Positions 19,797-30,734 of a DNA stretch of 64,000 nucleotides are shown piece by piece. The stretch spans positions 1,792,001-1,856,000 of the forward strand of contig OZ255726.1 of the NCBI GenBank assembly GCA_965277405.1, given 5' to 3'. Numbering within the stretch: position 1 is the stretch's first letter; each line of letters begins with the position of its first letter. This stretch comes from Gammaproteobacteria bacterium. GTDB lineage: Bacteria > Pseudomonadota > Gammaproteobacteria > G965277405. The notes beneath the pieces are model-generated. The model had not been told where the DNA came from. It saw only the letters and a list, made by a program, of their open reading frames with translations, and did no database searches. The position numbers were made by a program, and so were the translations under genes.

Positions 19797-20112
19797 GTGG
19801 ATACGGACAGATTATATGAACCAATACACTAGCAATAAAAGGAAATAACGTACTCAAAGTACAGAGCATATCTAACCCCCGCACGCTGGACGCAATCTAA
19901 CATACAGTTTAACCGTGTCTTTGCAACAATAGCGCAGCTATACAGCTATTGGCGGATGTATTGGTCTTAATGGCGTTGGTTACTGCGGATATTAACTTGA
20001 ATATCGGCGACAGTAACCACCAGTTAGTGGTACGGGTTAGCCAACGCCAATATTGGAGTGTTGCCGATAATATAATAATATCAACGCCGTTGGCACAATG
20101 GTATTGAGCAGG

Positions 20113-21177
20113 TTATTGCGCGCTGCTATCTGTAGGTTTTGGTTTGGGCTTATCCTTGGTAACTTTTTCTGGTAAATTTATCAACCGTCGCACTTGATGG
20201 GCAGCAAGTTTGTATAACCACCCTGAAGTTATTGTATTCAGTTCAGCAGTTGCTGCGGTTATTCGCTCGACATTTTTTGCTATGACATCCACCGACACAT
20301 CGTCTTGGTTATCGAGCAAATCGTTATTCACGGAAACCTCAAAACTAAACCAATATTCACCAGAATCAACTTGGCGTGCTGTTGCGGTAATGAATAAACC
20401 ATCGTCGCTGGCTAACACTGTAGTTGCTGCCGCATCGGCTGTAACATCTGCAATGCGGACGACATCAACAAAGTTGAGATATTCTAAAACACGAAAATTA
20501 TCTGCCGCATCATCTTGATCAAGCTGTTGCTTCTTGCCGATGGTTACACCTGAAATTGTAATATTATCAGCAGATCTGTCTCGTTGCAGTTGCATGGTAT
20601 CGTTATACGTTATTGATGCAAGCCGCGCTGCTTTGATGTTGAGGATTTGACTAACTCTCCAGTAATTTTCGCTGATAGAAGGTTGAATTTTTTGATCGAT
20701 AATATAGCTGGTTGGTTTTTCTCCTTGTAATGCATAACTACCTTTATTTTCGTAGCTATACGAACCAAAAGCAACATTGGCGAGTTGTTTACCGTTTGCA
20801 TCATACGCAACAACAGCGGTTCTACTAGCAGCATCCAGACCTATTTTTTCGTATTTATCAGGATTTTTGGTACGTTCAGCGATAATTTTACTGCGGCTCA
20901 GTGGCACCAATAATCCGCGTATTTTTTCAATTTCAGCAATATATCCTTTGGAACCGTTTACCAACCACTTCCCGTCCACAACCGTGAGTTCAAACTTTTT
21001 ATCACCTTTGCTGATAACCAACCGTTGAATGTCGTTAATGTTTTTTTTCAACTTTGCGACAAAGCTGCCATGCAATTGTTTGTTTTCAGCAGTAAATTGT
21101 TGTTGTGATTGCAGCGACCAAATCACCAATGCTATGATGAGAATTGCGCCAAGTAAAATCCAGAGTGGTTTTTTCAT
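20113..21177 (-). CDS. DUF4340-type membrane-anchored protein
   Basis: N-terminal TM, YEKIGLD motif, position after a GldG-like gene. Confidence 0.65.
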   Translation of the reverse strand: MKKPLWILLGAILIIALVIWSLQSQQQFTAENKQLHGSFVAKLKKNINDIQRLVISKGDKKFELTVVDGKWLVNGSKGYIAEIEKIRGLLVPLSRSKIIAERTKNPDKYEKIGLDAASRTAVVAYDANGKQLANVAFGSYSYENKGSYALQGEKPTSYIIDQKIQPSISENYWRVSQILNIKAARLASITYNDTMQLQRDRSADNITISGVTIGKKQQLDQDDAADNFRVLEYLNFVDVVRIADVTADAAATTVLASDDGLFITATARQVDSGEYWFSFEVSVNNDLLDNQDDVSVDVIAKNVERITAATAELNTITSGWLYKLAAHQVRRLINLPEKVTKDKPKPKPTDSSAQ

Positions 21178-21190
21178 CTCGTTAGGCTCC

Positions 21191-23026
21191 TTATGAACGT
21201 TTAATGCCGAGGCGGCTGGGTAGGAAAAAAGCTAGCAACAATACAAGTAACGGAATCAAAGCAATATTAAAAAACTTAAGCCACGCGCCTAATGAATCTA
21301 TTTCACGATTCAAATTTAGCTGCAGTGAGCGCAATGCACTGCGCGTGCGTACTTGCTCTTTTTGAAACTTGCTAATCTCACGTTGTTGTTCAGGGCTAAT
21401 AATCAAAGCGTTTTGTTTCTCTTTGTTATTTTGCAAACTGTTAATGCGCTGCTCAGTTTGTCTGAGATTATCTTGTAGCCGTTGCTCTTCGTTGTGATAC
21501 TTAGACTCTGCATCCTGTCGCAAGCTGTTCACAATGGCAAATGGTCGCTGTTTAATGCCACGGCTGCGCAAACTGATGAGGTCATTATTGCCCACCAAAT
21601 TTTCCACTGCATTGATAACTAATGTGCCATTATCTGCAGTGCGTGTCTGCAACTGTTGACCAAGAAAGTTTTGCACATTCACCCAATACCTATCAAGTAA
21701 AAAATCAGTGTCCGCAAAAATCAACACATTAATACCAGCGTCTGTTGACTCAGCGACATCGTCAGTTTTGATACGTTCTGGGAATGCTGTACTGGCCTTG
21801 CCTTGTACTCTGGCAACAACAGCTAAGCGTTTGCCACCGGCCGTATAATTTGCAAACCAGCGGCGTGGCGGTTGTGAAAATGTTGTTGCTGGAGTCGTGT
21901 TGGCTTGGATTGTTGTTTGCACCAGTGGCGTAAATGTTGTGGTTGCGCCATCTTTAGGCTCGATGGCTCCAGCACTAATAATGCGGACTTGGTTTAAATT
22001 TGAGGTCACGATATCGCTGGTATTAAACGCATCATTAGCATAGGTTAACCAAGCGAGGTGGGTGAATCGCTGCAGGTCAGCACCAGAGGCACCTTGCAAG
22101 TTTACCGATAGCGGGTTATGCCGATCAATAACCACTTGTTGGTCGGCCATGCTGACTCCCCAAGCATCAAATAACTTGGCTAAATTTGAATATTTATGCG
22201 CTGGTAATTCATTGGCATCCAGCAGTGGGTCAACAAAGACTATAAGCTTGCCGCCTTTGAGCACAAACTGGTCAATCATAAACAATTGTTCAGCGGTGAT
22301 TGTGGTTGGATCAGGGTGCACCAACAACAAAATATTGCTGTTGTCTGGCAGTTCTTGCGCATCTGTAGCCACATCAGTCACGCTAAACTGTTGGCTTAAT
22401 TGTTGATACACAACCCAACTGTGCTGCGGTCCAGTCACAGCTGCTCCAGCAGTCTTACCGTCGATGGGCAGCCAACTCATAATTGCAACTCCTGGCTTAT
22501 CTGGGTGCTCTAATTCGTAAATCAGCTTCGTTGCATCATATTCAAAATAGGCTTCCCGTTCTAGTGAAATAAATGGAATAGACTTATATCGATCGACGCT
22601 ATTGACAGCAACCAGTCCTAAATAGATTTTTGTCGCACCATCTAATGGCACGGCTTGTAGCCCATAGCTCACAGCTTGGTCTTCTTCTGGTGAGAACGCT
22701 TCTGGATTGATGTTTTCTAACGTTACTTTACCACCGCTGCGCAGTGCATATTGACGTAACAAGCCAAGGGTGCGTTGGGCAAACGGTTGAATCCCTGGCG
22801 CGTTTTGTGCCACATCGCTTGAGTAAAAAAACTTTAATCGAACTGGTTCATCAAGCGCTGAAATAATGTTTTCAGTACCAGCGGAAAGCGTATACAAGTT
22901 ATCTTCTGTTGCATCAAACCGCAGCCCCTGCAGTAACAAGCGGCTAGCAAAATTAAAGGCGACGAACGCTATAACAACTATAATAATTGTTGCAGCAGAT
23001 AAAACACGGAATTTTTTAAATTTCAT
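21191..23026 (-). CDS. GldG-like ABC transporter auxiliary protein
   Basis: DATEDNLYTLSAGT, IDQFVLKGGKLIVFVDP, C-terminal coiled coil and TM. Confidence 0.85.
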   Translation of the reverse strand: MKFKKFRVLSAATIIIVVIAFVAFNFASRLLLQGLRFDATEDNLYTLSAGTENIISALDEPVRLKFFYSSDVAQNAPGIQPFAQRTLGLLRQYALRSGGKVTLENINPEAFSPEEDQAVSYGLQAVPLDGATKIYLGLVAVNSVDRYKSIPFISLEREAYFEYDATKLIYELEHPDKPGVAIMSWLPIDGKTAGAAVTGPQHSWVVYQQLSQQFSVTDVATDAQELPDNSNILLLVHPDPTTITAEQLFMIDQFVLKGGKLIVFVDPLLDANELPAHKYSNLAKLFDAWGVSMADQQVVIDRHNPLSVNLQGASGADLQRFTHLAWLTYANDAFNTSDIVTSNLNQVRIISAGAIEPKDGATTTFTPLVQTTIQANTTPATTFSQPPRRWFANYTAGGKRLAVVARVQGKASTAFPERIKTDDVAESTDAGINVLIFADTDFLLDRYWVNVQNFLGQQLQTRTADNGTLVINAVENLVGNNDLISLRSRGIKQRPFAIVNSLRQDAESKYHNEEQRLQDNLRQTEQRINSLQNNKEKQNALIISPEQQREISKFQKEQVRTRSALRSLQLNLNREIDSLGAWLKFFNIALIPLLVLLLAFFLPSRLGIKRS

Positions 23027-23033
23027 TTCTTCC

Positions 23034-23774
23034 TCACAAACGATTACGATCGCTCAAAACAAGCGTATTAAAGTACAACCACATTGCAGTTAATGATGCA
23101 AAAAACACCATGCTAGAAAACTCAAAAATACCTGTAGTTATTTCAGAGTAATTCGTTAAAAAGCTAAACGAGCCAATCAAATCCACAATGCCGTTAGGTA
23201 GCCACGACTTAAACGCATCGATTACTAATGGAAACCCGCTGACGCAAAACAAAAAACTCACAACCATCGACACTATAAACGCAATGACTTGATTTTTTGT
23301 CAAACTGGAAATAGCACTGCCAATTGATAAAAACGCTGCTGCCATTACTAAACTACCGATATAACTCAACGCTATCACTCCATTGTCTGGGCTACCTAAG
23401 TAGTTTACGGTAATCCAAATAGGGAATGTCAATGACAGCGTGATAGCGGTAAACAACCACGCTGCTAAAAATTTCCCCAATACCATTTGCCATAGCGGCA
23501 TTGGCAAGGTCATTAGCAATTCAAGTGTGCCACTTTTACGCTCTTCTGCCCACAATCGCATCGTTATTGCTGGAATAAAAAACAGATACAGCCACGGATG
23601 CCAAGTGAAAAATGATGTTAAATCAGCTTGTTCACGTTGGTAGAAATTTCCAAAATAAAATGTAAATGCACCAATTGCAAACAGGAACACTACAATAAAA
23701 ACATAGGCAACAGGAGTCGTGAAATACCCTGTCATTTCTCGGTTAAAAACCGCCTTTAAACCATAAAGTTTCAT
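23034..23774 (-). CDS. GldF-like ABC-2 permease
   Basis: YFTTPVAYVF, MRLWAEERKSGTLELLMT. Confidence 0.9.
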   Translation of the reverse strand: MKLYGLKAVFNREMTGYFTTPVAYVFIVVFLFAIGAFTFYFGNFYQREQADLTSFFTWHPWLYLFFIPAITMRLWAEERKSGTLELLMTLPMPLWQMVLGKFLAAWLFTAITLSLTFPIWITVNYLGSPDNGVIALSYIGSLVMAAAFLSIGSAISSLTKNQVIAFIVSMVVSFLFCVSGFPLVIDAFKSWLPNGIVDLIGSFSFLTNYSEITTGIFEFSSMVFFASLTAMWLYFNTLVLSDRNRL

Positions 23775-23786
23775 AAACCTTCCGAA

Positions 23787-24731
23787 TTAAATTTCTGAGC
23801 CAGCCTTAGCAACTGCACGAAACACTTCATCTAGATGTGTCGCAGTCCTATGCAATTGAATAACCATCCATTGATGTTGTAAACACAGCCGACCAATTTC
23901 TCCAGATATATCTTGTGATTGCCGCGGCCAAATACGAATCATACCTTCATCCACTTCTTGCACTTTTCGCACATTTGACAGCGCTTGGACTTTTGGTATT
24001 ATTTCATTCACAGGAGTACCGCTCACCTGCAATTCTATAGCCAGATGATTTTCTGATCGCTCCAGCAGATCAGTAGGCGAACCGTCTGCCACTACGCGAC
24101 CGTTGGCGATAATCAGTGTGCGCGTACAAATGGCTTCAACCTCTTCTAGCAAGTGGGTTGAAATAACGATTGATTTGTGCGCCGACATATCACGAATGAG
24201 TTGCCGAACTTCGTGCTTTTGAATAGGGTCAAGCCCGTCTGTAGGTTCGTCAAGAATCAATATGTCTGGGTCGTGTAATAGCGCTTGCGCCAAACCGACA
24301 CGGCGCTTAAACCCTTTGGAAAGCGTGTCTAGAAACTGATCTAATACTGGCTGTAAATGCAGCAGTTCAATCACTGTTTCCATCCGTTGCTTGGTGGCCG
24401 CTTTTGACATATTGCGCGCCTTAGCAATAAAATGCAAAATCTGGCGTGCTGACATGTCGTTATACAATGGGGAACCTTCTGGCAAATAACCTAGACACAT
24501 CCGTGCTTCGATTGGTTGTTGCGCCACGTCATGCCCACAAATAGCTACAGAACCTGCACTTGGCTCAAGATACCCTGTTAAAATTCGCATTGTTGTTGAT
24601 TTTCCTGCGCCATTTGGACCAAGAAAACCAAGTACATCGCCCTTATTCACCGTCAACGAGATGTTATCGACAGCTAAAAATGAGCCAAAGTGTTTATACA
24701 ACCCTTTCGCTTCTATGTGTACAACTGACAT
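23787..24731 (-). CDS. ABC transporter ATP-binding protein (GldA-like)
   Basis: GPNGAGKST, LSKGFKRRV, ILDEPTDGLDP. Confidence 0.93.
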   Translation of the reverse strand: MSVVHIEAKGLYKHFGSFLAVDNISLTVNKGDVLGFLGPNGAGKSTTMRILTGYLEPSAGSVAICGHDVAQQPIEARMCLGYLPEGSPLYNDMSARQILHFIAKARNMSKAATKQRMETVIELLHLQPVLDQFLDTLSKGFKRRVGLAQALLHDPDILILDEPTDGLDPIQKHEVRQLIRDMSAHKSIVISTHLLEEVEAICTRTLIIANGRVVADGSPTDLLERSENHLAIELQVSGTPVNEIIPKVQALSNVRKVQEVDEGMIRIWPRQSQDISGEIGRLCLQHQWMVIQLHRTATHLDEVFRAVAKAGSEI

Positions 24732-25023
24732 TTACACTCCATCAATTCATAAAAATATTTGCTACAGATTGGGGATAATCTAGCAATACTGCCGCGTGAT
24801 TCATCCACGAGGTTGTTGTAACGCGATCAGGCACAGCAGGCAACAAAACTACTAACGTGTCACGCTGAATGTGATGCCTTAGTACGGTATATTATTAGCA
24901 TTAGCATTGCAGCGGACTAAATAATACGTCGCATCATCGCGTTGCGCATCACCTCAAACATCCGCTATGATACGTTGCATTTATACCGCTGATTTATATT
25001 TTTTCTAGTACTGTATGTGATTT

Positions 25024-25860
25024 TTATTGAATATCAGCAAGTGCAGCGTGTTCTTCTGCTCGCAGCGTTAAAACCTCAACGCCATTGCTGGTGATAGTTA
25101 CTGTATGTTCCCATTGCGCAGATAGTTTATTGTCTTTGGTTAGCACGGTCCATTCATCTTGTAGTAGCCGAGTTTTCCATGTCCCGATATTGATCATTGG
25201 CTCAATAGTAAACGTCTGTCCTACTACCAATATTTCTCCCGTTCCCGCTTTGCCATAGTGCAACACTTCAGGCGATTCATGAAACTCTTTGCCAATACCG
25301 TGTCCACAATATTCGCGCACGACACTATATCCATGCGCTTGCGCAATTGTCTGAATGCAATGACCAATATCACCGAGGTGAATACCTGGTTTCACCAGCT
25401 TAATGGCGGCATACAACGCTTGTTGTGTGACCGTACACAGCTTTTTTGCAAACCCAGTAACTTCGCCAACACAATACATTTTGCTGGTATCGCCATGATA
25501 ACCACCTTGAATAAGCGTAACATCTATATTAATAATATCGCCTTTCTTGAGTGTTTTTTGTGCATCAGGAACTCCATGACAAACAACTTGGTTGACTGAT
25601 GTGCAAATCGACTTTGGAAAGCCACGGTAGTTCAGTGGCGCAGGAATGGCTTGTAACTGTTGCGTGATATAGTCATGGCAAAGCGTATTCAGGTGCTCTG
25701 TCGACACGCCTGGCACGACGAATGGCTCGATGTATTCCAACAATTGTGCCGCTTGTTGCCCAGCAATGCGCATGCCAGCTAGGTCTTGTGGAGATTGGAT
25801 AATCAATGTTGTAATATAATAAATAGACACCATACAGACTAAGGTGCTAAAATAGTGCAT
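25024..25860 (-). CDS. map: methionine aminopeptidase type I (true start probably downstream of the ORF start)
   Basis: CTSVNQVVCHG, GYHGDTS, CGHGIG..FHE, TIEPMIN, AQWEHT. Confidence 0.96.
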   Translation of the reverse strand: MHYFSTLVCMVSIYYITTLIIQSPQDLAGMRIAGQQAAQLLEYIEPFVVPGVSTEHLNTLCHDYITQQLQAIPAPLNYRGFPKSICTSVNQVVCHGVPDAQKTLKKGDIINIDVTLIQGGYHGDTSKMYCVGEVTGFAKKLCTVTQQALYAAIKLVKPGIHLGDIGHCIQTIAQAHGYSVVREYCGHGIGKEFHESPEVLHYGKAGTGEILVVGQTFTIEPMINIGTWKTRLLQDEWTVLTKDNKLSAQWEHTVTITSNGVEVLTLRAEEHAALADIQ

Positions 25861-25936
25861 TCAAATACAAAGAATAGTACACTTTGCTTTGTACAAACGC
25901 GGATGAACCACCAATAGCAATTATTTTTTTCCTCAA

Positions 25937-28345
25937 TTGTCAGATATTTTCCATCAAAGTAGTCCCGTAATGTATTGGCAATACCTTGGTTTTGCAGTTC
26001 AGCCATTTGGACTCACGCCAGATCCTAATCGCTTTTTTGTTGGCTCTGGTCATGCGGAAGCTTTGGCGCATCTCGATTTTGTGTTCCACCATCAAGGTGG
26101 ATTTATTGTCCTCACAGGCGAGGTTGGCAGCGGTAAAACCCAAGTACTCAAAACTTTTTTCAACCGTGCTCCAGCTGAGGCGCATATCGCATTCCTCATC
26201 AATGCCAATGCCTGTCCTGATGAGTTACTGCAGAATATTTGTGCAGAGTTTAAAATACCATTTTCGCATACTGATTCCACAGATAAACTCTTAGGACTGT
26301 TGCGTATCAATATGTTAGACAACTTTCGTCACGGATATACCAATATTATCGTTGTAGACGAAGCGCAACACCTCTCATTTGCAGCACTGGAATTCTTGCG
26401 GTTACTCACCAATATTGAGACCGATACGCAAAAGCTATTGCAAATCATCCTTGTTGGACAAGAGGAGCTTGCCACCACTCTAGCGGGCAACGAGCTGCGA
26501 CAATTAAACCAAAGGATAGTCGCCCGCTTCCATCTACAACGTCTTAGTTATCAGGAAACCAGTGCGTACATTGACACTCGTATTAGGCTATCTGGAGGCA
26601 TTGCAGAAATCATTCCACAAAAACTCCATAGGTACATATACAAACATAGCCACGGCATCCCGCGCTTAATTAATTTAATCTGTGACCGCGCGCTTATGGG
26701 AAGTTTCGCGCTGGGACAACCAAGTGTTAGCAAGCGAATTGTCAGTCAAGCTGTGCATGAACTTACGGAAAATTTGACCTCACCATCGCGCTACATACCA
26801 GCAACAATCAAGCCAGCAACAATCAAGCCAGCAACAATCAAGCCAGCAACAATCAAGCCAGCAGCAATCAAGCGCCCAGAGCAAGCTGCAGTTATTCCTC
26901 CAGCCCAGCCCTTACAGCTAGTTGCTCCAGAGCTTCCAGTAAACACGACTAGTACTCATATGCGTGCGGCAATAGCAGATGATATTTGCGAAAACCATGT
27001 TTCTCCTCATGATATTGAGCAGTATCACAACGTTGAGAATGATGCGTGGCCTGCATACAGGCGCAGGCAGAATCGCGTTGAGCAATTTGACTATTTTGAC
27101 TACGCACTGCCGCGTATTGATAATGAGCCAATGCTATCTCCCCCACCAAAGGATGCAACGGCGCATAATACACAGTTGAATTCATCAGAAAAAAAACGCA
27201 TGCACCACAGGATGTCACATGCCGTAACCGCGGGGTATATACTGGTGCTCGTAGCTGCGCTTGCTACTGCATCATGGGTTGGATGGCAACATCGAAATGT
27301 GCTCTATCAACAACTCATTGATGGTAGCCTGCGTCTTGCCGATTTTGTGCAACTGGAAGCGGAAAAAACCACAGAGGTCGATACTACCGCCGCTACAGTG
27401 ATAACCGAGAAAACACAACAGGTATTGACAAAGCCACAGCCACAGCACAACAACATAGCGGTCAAGAGCAGCAGCGGCGCAGCTTGGTCACAGACCATGC
27501 CAAGTGTGGTTGACACAGTAATTCAACTACAAAAAATCCCACAACACCCGCTGCTAGCAACGCAGCGTTCTAAAAAAACAACCACGAATGTCTCAGCCAC
27601 ACAGCGTATATTGCCAGCACCCAACATTGCTGCTGACGCTGTTCAACCAGTTGCATATTCTCAATTTCTGACAGAACCTGCAAATATCATCCGTCACGAT
27701 TTTGATACAGCCATCGGGGAGTTGCTCACTCTCACTAACTTTGCGCTGACGCGACGGGTGTCTTTAGCGCAGATTATCCCAGAAATGTTGTGGCTGTGGG
27801 GATACGACAAACAGCAATTGCCGCAACGCATCAATTGTCATAGTATTGATGCTTTTGGTCTGAGTTGTATCCAGCTGACGACATCACTGCAGATGATTCA
27901 AAAAATAAACCTACCAATAATATTAATTATTTATAACCAAGCCAAACAGCCAAATCATTTTTTACTCATCGGTAAAAATGACACATCTTGGATTTTAAAA
28001 CGTGGCAATACATATTATGCAGTCAGTGATGCATATTTGCGTAACAGTTGGAATAATGAAGGGTATTTTATTATTAAAGCTCCTGTAGACTCTAAGTTAA
28101 CATTAGCACCAAATCAAACAGGCAGTTCTATTGCATGGTTGATAAGTGCGCTCACAAATATTGATACGCAATACGCACTCAATACCTTCACAACCACATA
28201 TAGCATTAAAGTAGTAGCCAGCGTGAAGCGTTTTCAACGCCAGCACGGAATAGCGACAACTGGGATAGCAGGAATAGAAACAATTGCACGAATTAATCAT
28301 CTGCTATTTAAATCAACCCCAGAATTAGTTATATTTAGGTCTTAA
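25937..28345 (+). CDS. ExeA/GspA-like AAA ATPase with TM and C-terminal peptidoglycan-binding domain
   Basis: TGEVGSGKT, VDEAQHL, GIPRLINLICDRAL; VKRFQRQHGI..TGIAG. Confidence 0.88.
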   Translation: MSDIFHQSSPVMYWQYLGFAVQPFGLTPDPNRFFVGSGHAEALAHLDFVFHHQGGFIVLTGEVGSGKTQVLKTFFNRAPAEAHIAFLINANACPDELLQNICAEFKIPFSHTDSTDKLLGLLRINMLDNFRHGYTNIIVVDEAQHLSFAALEFLRLLTNIETDTQKLLQIILVGQEELATTLAGNELRQLNQRIVARFHLQRLSYQETSAYIDTRIRLSGGIAEIIPQKLHRYIYKHSHGIPRLINLICDRALMGSFALGQPSVSKRIVSQAVHELTENLTSPSRYIPATIKPATIKPATIKPATIKPAAIKRPEQAAVIPPAQPLQLVAPELPVNTTSTHMRAAIADDICENHVSPHDIEQYHNVENDAWPAYRRRQNRVEQFDYFDYALPRIDNEPMLSPPPKDATAHNTQLNSSEKKRMHHRMSHAVTAGYILVLVAALATASWVGWQHRNVLYQQLIDGSLRLADFVQLEAEKTTEVDTTAATVITEKTQQVLTKPQPQHNNIAVKSSSGAAWSQTMPSVVDTVIQLQKIPQHPLLATQRSKKTTTNVSATQRILPAPNIAADAVQPVAYSQFLTEPANIIRHDFDTAIGELLTLTNFALTRRVSLAQIIPEMLWLWGYDKQQLPQRINCHSIDAFGLSCIQLTTSLQMIQKINLPIILIIYNQAKQPNHFLLIGKNDTSWILKRGNTYYAVSDAYLRNSWNNEGYFIIKAPVDSKLTLAPNQTGSSIAWLISALTNIDTQYALNTFTTTYSIKVVASVKRFQRQHGIATTGIAGIETIARINHLLFKSTPELVIFRS
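26798..26872 (+). repeat. 15-bp in-frame tandem repeat x5 (PATIK)
   Basis: CCAGCAACAATCAAG x4 plus CCAGCAGCAATCAAG. Confidence 0.95.
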
Positions 28346-28359
28346 TTAGAGTTTCCTAA

Positions 28360-28598
28360 GGAAGCTCTGATGAATCCCATGATGGGCGAGACGGAGAAAA
28401 AACGCTGATGATAACTAGACGCAGTGCGCAGATAATACTGGTGGTACTGGTGGTACTGGTACTGGTGGTATTGTGGGTGTTGCCAAGTGCTGCAACGACG
28501 TTAGCGCAGCGTTTTTTCCCGTCCTGCTGTTGCATATACTTTGGGTTTGCGGCAATTGCAGGCAAACTCGCTCCATCAGCGACTTAATCAGAGGTTCC
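28360..28598 (+). mobile_element. MITE copy, 239 bp, CTAA TSD, internally deleted with ACTGGTGGT expansion
   Basis: CTAA-GGAAGCTCTGATGAA ... TTAATCAGAGGTTCC-CTAA. Confidence 0.93.
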
Positions 28599-28694
28599 CT
28601 AAGTGCAAACTTGCTCACCAACTCAATACATTTTACAGCGTAATTTTATAACAATTTCATGCGCTGAACCATTCAAAGCTCACTAATGTAGCCG

Positions 28695-29453
28695 ATGTCT
28701 CTGTTAATGGAGGCGCTTAAAAAAGCTGACCAACAGCGCAGCGTTCCAAGCCATCAGCCCCCCCAAGCCGAGTTATTGCTGTCGCGCCCGCATGTTGCTG
28801 CTGCTCAGCAATATTACTCTGCTCAGCCAATCCAAATGCAAACTCAGACGCATTTCCACTGGGTATTTTATGCAGGGTTCATTAATATTTTAATTGTCGC
28901 GCTAGTTTTCTTTTTTTGGACACAATATCAGCAGCAGTCCCAACAAAACTTTATCACCCTTTCCAAAATAATCAACGCACGCCCTGTATCGCAGTCGCCG
29001 CTAGCACTAGGTAACTTTGGCATAGCACCAGCAGCTAAACCTGCCATTCCACCACAGCATATTGCCGCCCAATCTGCTCCAACACCAACACCATCACCAT
29101 CACCATCACCATCACCAACACAACACGCCGTATCACTTGCCCCAGTATTGCAACAAAAAATTGTAAAACCAGCAGCAATTGTGCCTATTGATGTTGATAA
29201 AATATATCACATTAGCGAACTCCCCCGCGAGATAAGACAATCTTTTCCTAAATTGGAGTACAATGCTCATTTGTATTCTGAAAGCGTACCAGACGCTAGA
29301 ATGATTATAGCCAATAATAAACAATACGGCGAAAACGACTCAATAGGAACAGATATAACAATCGAATCGATTCAGCATGACGGGGTGATTTATAAGTATA
29401 AAGGCTTCAAAGTATATGTAGCTGTCGCCGCCAAAATTAATGGTAATCAATAG
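28695..29453 (+). CDS. ExeB/GspB-like protein
   Basis: MSLLMEALKKADQQR, TM, Pro-rich linker, ELP..I....P.LEYNAHLYS C-terminal domain; follows exeA. Confidence 0.85.
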   Translation: MSLLMEALKKADQQRSVPSHQPPQAELLLSRPHVAAAQQYYSAQPIQMQTQTHFHWVFYAGFINILIVALVFFFWTQYQQQSQQNFITLSKIINARPVSQSPLALGNFGIAPAAKPAIPPQHIAAQSAPTPTPSPSPSPSPTQHAVSLAPVLQQKIVKPAAIVPIDVDKIYHISELPREIRQSFPKLEYNAHLYSESVPDARMIIANNKQYGENDSIGTDITIESIQHDGVIYKYKGFKVYVAVAAKINGNQ

Positions 29454-29466
29454 TTTTCAGCGTAAT

Positions 29467-29613
29467 AGAAGCTCTGTTAAAGTCCATGACGGACGAGACG
29501 GAGCAACGATGATGGACCCACTAGCAAGTGCGTAGCTGCCACTGGAGGGTATTATCTAGTGCTGCAACGCTGTTAGTCGCAGCGTTTTCCGTCCTCACTT
29601 AAGCAGAGGTGTC
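29467..29613 (+). mobile_element. degenerate short MITE copy
   Basis: AGAAGCTCTGTTAAAGTCCATGACGGACGAGACGGAGC ... AGTGCTGCAACG ... CTTAAGCAGAGGTGTC. Confidence 0.75.
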
Positions 29614-29615
29614 TA

Positions 29616-30623
29616 ATGAACATGTCTCGTCTATATCAATACTGTATCCTGACCGCCATCTTTGTGCTGGTAAGTTGCACCATATTGCCTGCACATGATT
29701 CCCGACTCCACTATGCGGCACATTCAGGTGCTCTTGATATAATTCGTACAGAACTCGCCGCAGGTGCCGATGTAAACTCGCACAGTATGAGCCGCTGGAC
29801 ACCTCTCCACGCGGCGGCATCTGCTGGTTATTTTGACATTGTCAAATATCTACTGCGACATGGCGCCAACGTTGATATTCGCGCTGACGGAGGTTGGACT
29901 GCTGATCAAGAAGCCGAATTCGTTGGTAATTATGAGATTGCCGCATATCTAAAAGCCGTACGCAAGAAACAAGACACTGTCCATTTCTCTTTGATTACCA
30001 ATTTCGACACATTGACGTTTAGTCGTCGTTACAACAGGAAATACTCGCAATGGCATACAAAATACCCATTACCACATCGCCAGTTTTGGTCAAACCCACT
30101 GCAAGTTATCGACATCTATATACAACACACTGTTTCACAGTATTTAGCTGCGTTTGATTACCAAACATCAATTCCAAATATTCGTCAGGCAGATGTCACT
30201 TTGCTACAAAACGAATTTGAAAGTGATCAAGCGTTTGCAAATCGACGCAGCAACATCGAATTTCAAATATACGACCGCCGCTTAAATGTCGATAAAACGC
30301 GCAAACTCCTTATCGCAGACTCGTTGCAATGGACGCTGCGCTCATTTCGGCTTGAAAACCCATCTTTCAATCAGAAAAACAGTACTGTCGAAGTAGATGT
30401 TGTCGCCAATGGCGCAAGGTTTCAAGAACGCGTGCAAGCAATTGTCGATAATGCGGCATTAGCTAAGTCATTTGTTAACAACCCGCAACAGTCCTCATTG
30501 GATGTCTATATGCGTGTCAATCCAACCATGTACCAAATCAAACAAGTGTTAATTTACCACCAAGGGTTTCTGTTGAACGCCTTGCCACTGTTACCAACGA
30601 CATACCTCATTGCCAAGTTTTAA
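29616..30623 (+). CDS. ankyrin-repeat protein, possible lipoprotein
   Basis: LHYAA..G, WTPLHAAASAGYFDIVKYLLRHGANVD; LVSC lipobox-like. Confidence 0.85.
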   Translation: MNMSRLYQYCILTAIFVLVSCTILPAHDSRLHYAAHSGALDIIRTELAAGADVNSHSMSRWTPLHAAASAGYFDIVKYLLRHGANVDIRADGGWTADQEAEFVGNYEIAAYLKAVRKKQDTVHFSLITNFDTLTFSRRYNRKYSQWHTKYPLPHRQFWSNPLQVIDIYIQHTVSQYLAAFDYQTSIPNIRQADVTLLQNEFESDQAFANRRSNIEFQIYDRRLNVDKTRKLLIADSLQWTLRSFRLENPSFNQKNSTVEVDVVANGARFQERVQAIVDNAALAKSFVNNPQQSSLDVYMRVNPTMYQIKQVLIYHQGFLLNALPLLPTTYLIAKF

Positions 30624-30734
30624 TTAATAGCTATTCTGTCAGCTTTTCCACTTTGGTAAGAACTCAACATCACTACAGTATCTCGGGCAACGCATATTAT
30701 AGGCTTCGGACTGCTGGGCTGTGCAACACTGCTG

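Noticed and set aside
19970-20050. Nested inverted repeats (TGGCGTTGGTTA / TAGCCAACGCCA; GGTTACTG / CAGTAACC) as an ncRNA
   Set aside because: Single occurrence with no family motif; may be just a terminator-like structure downstream of the DUF4340 gene
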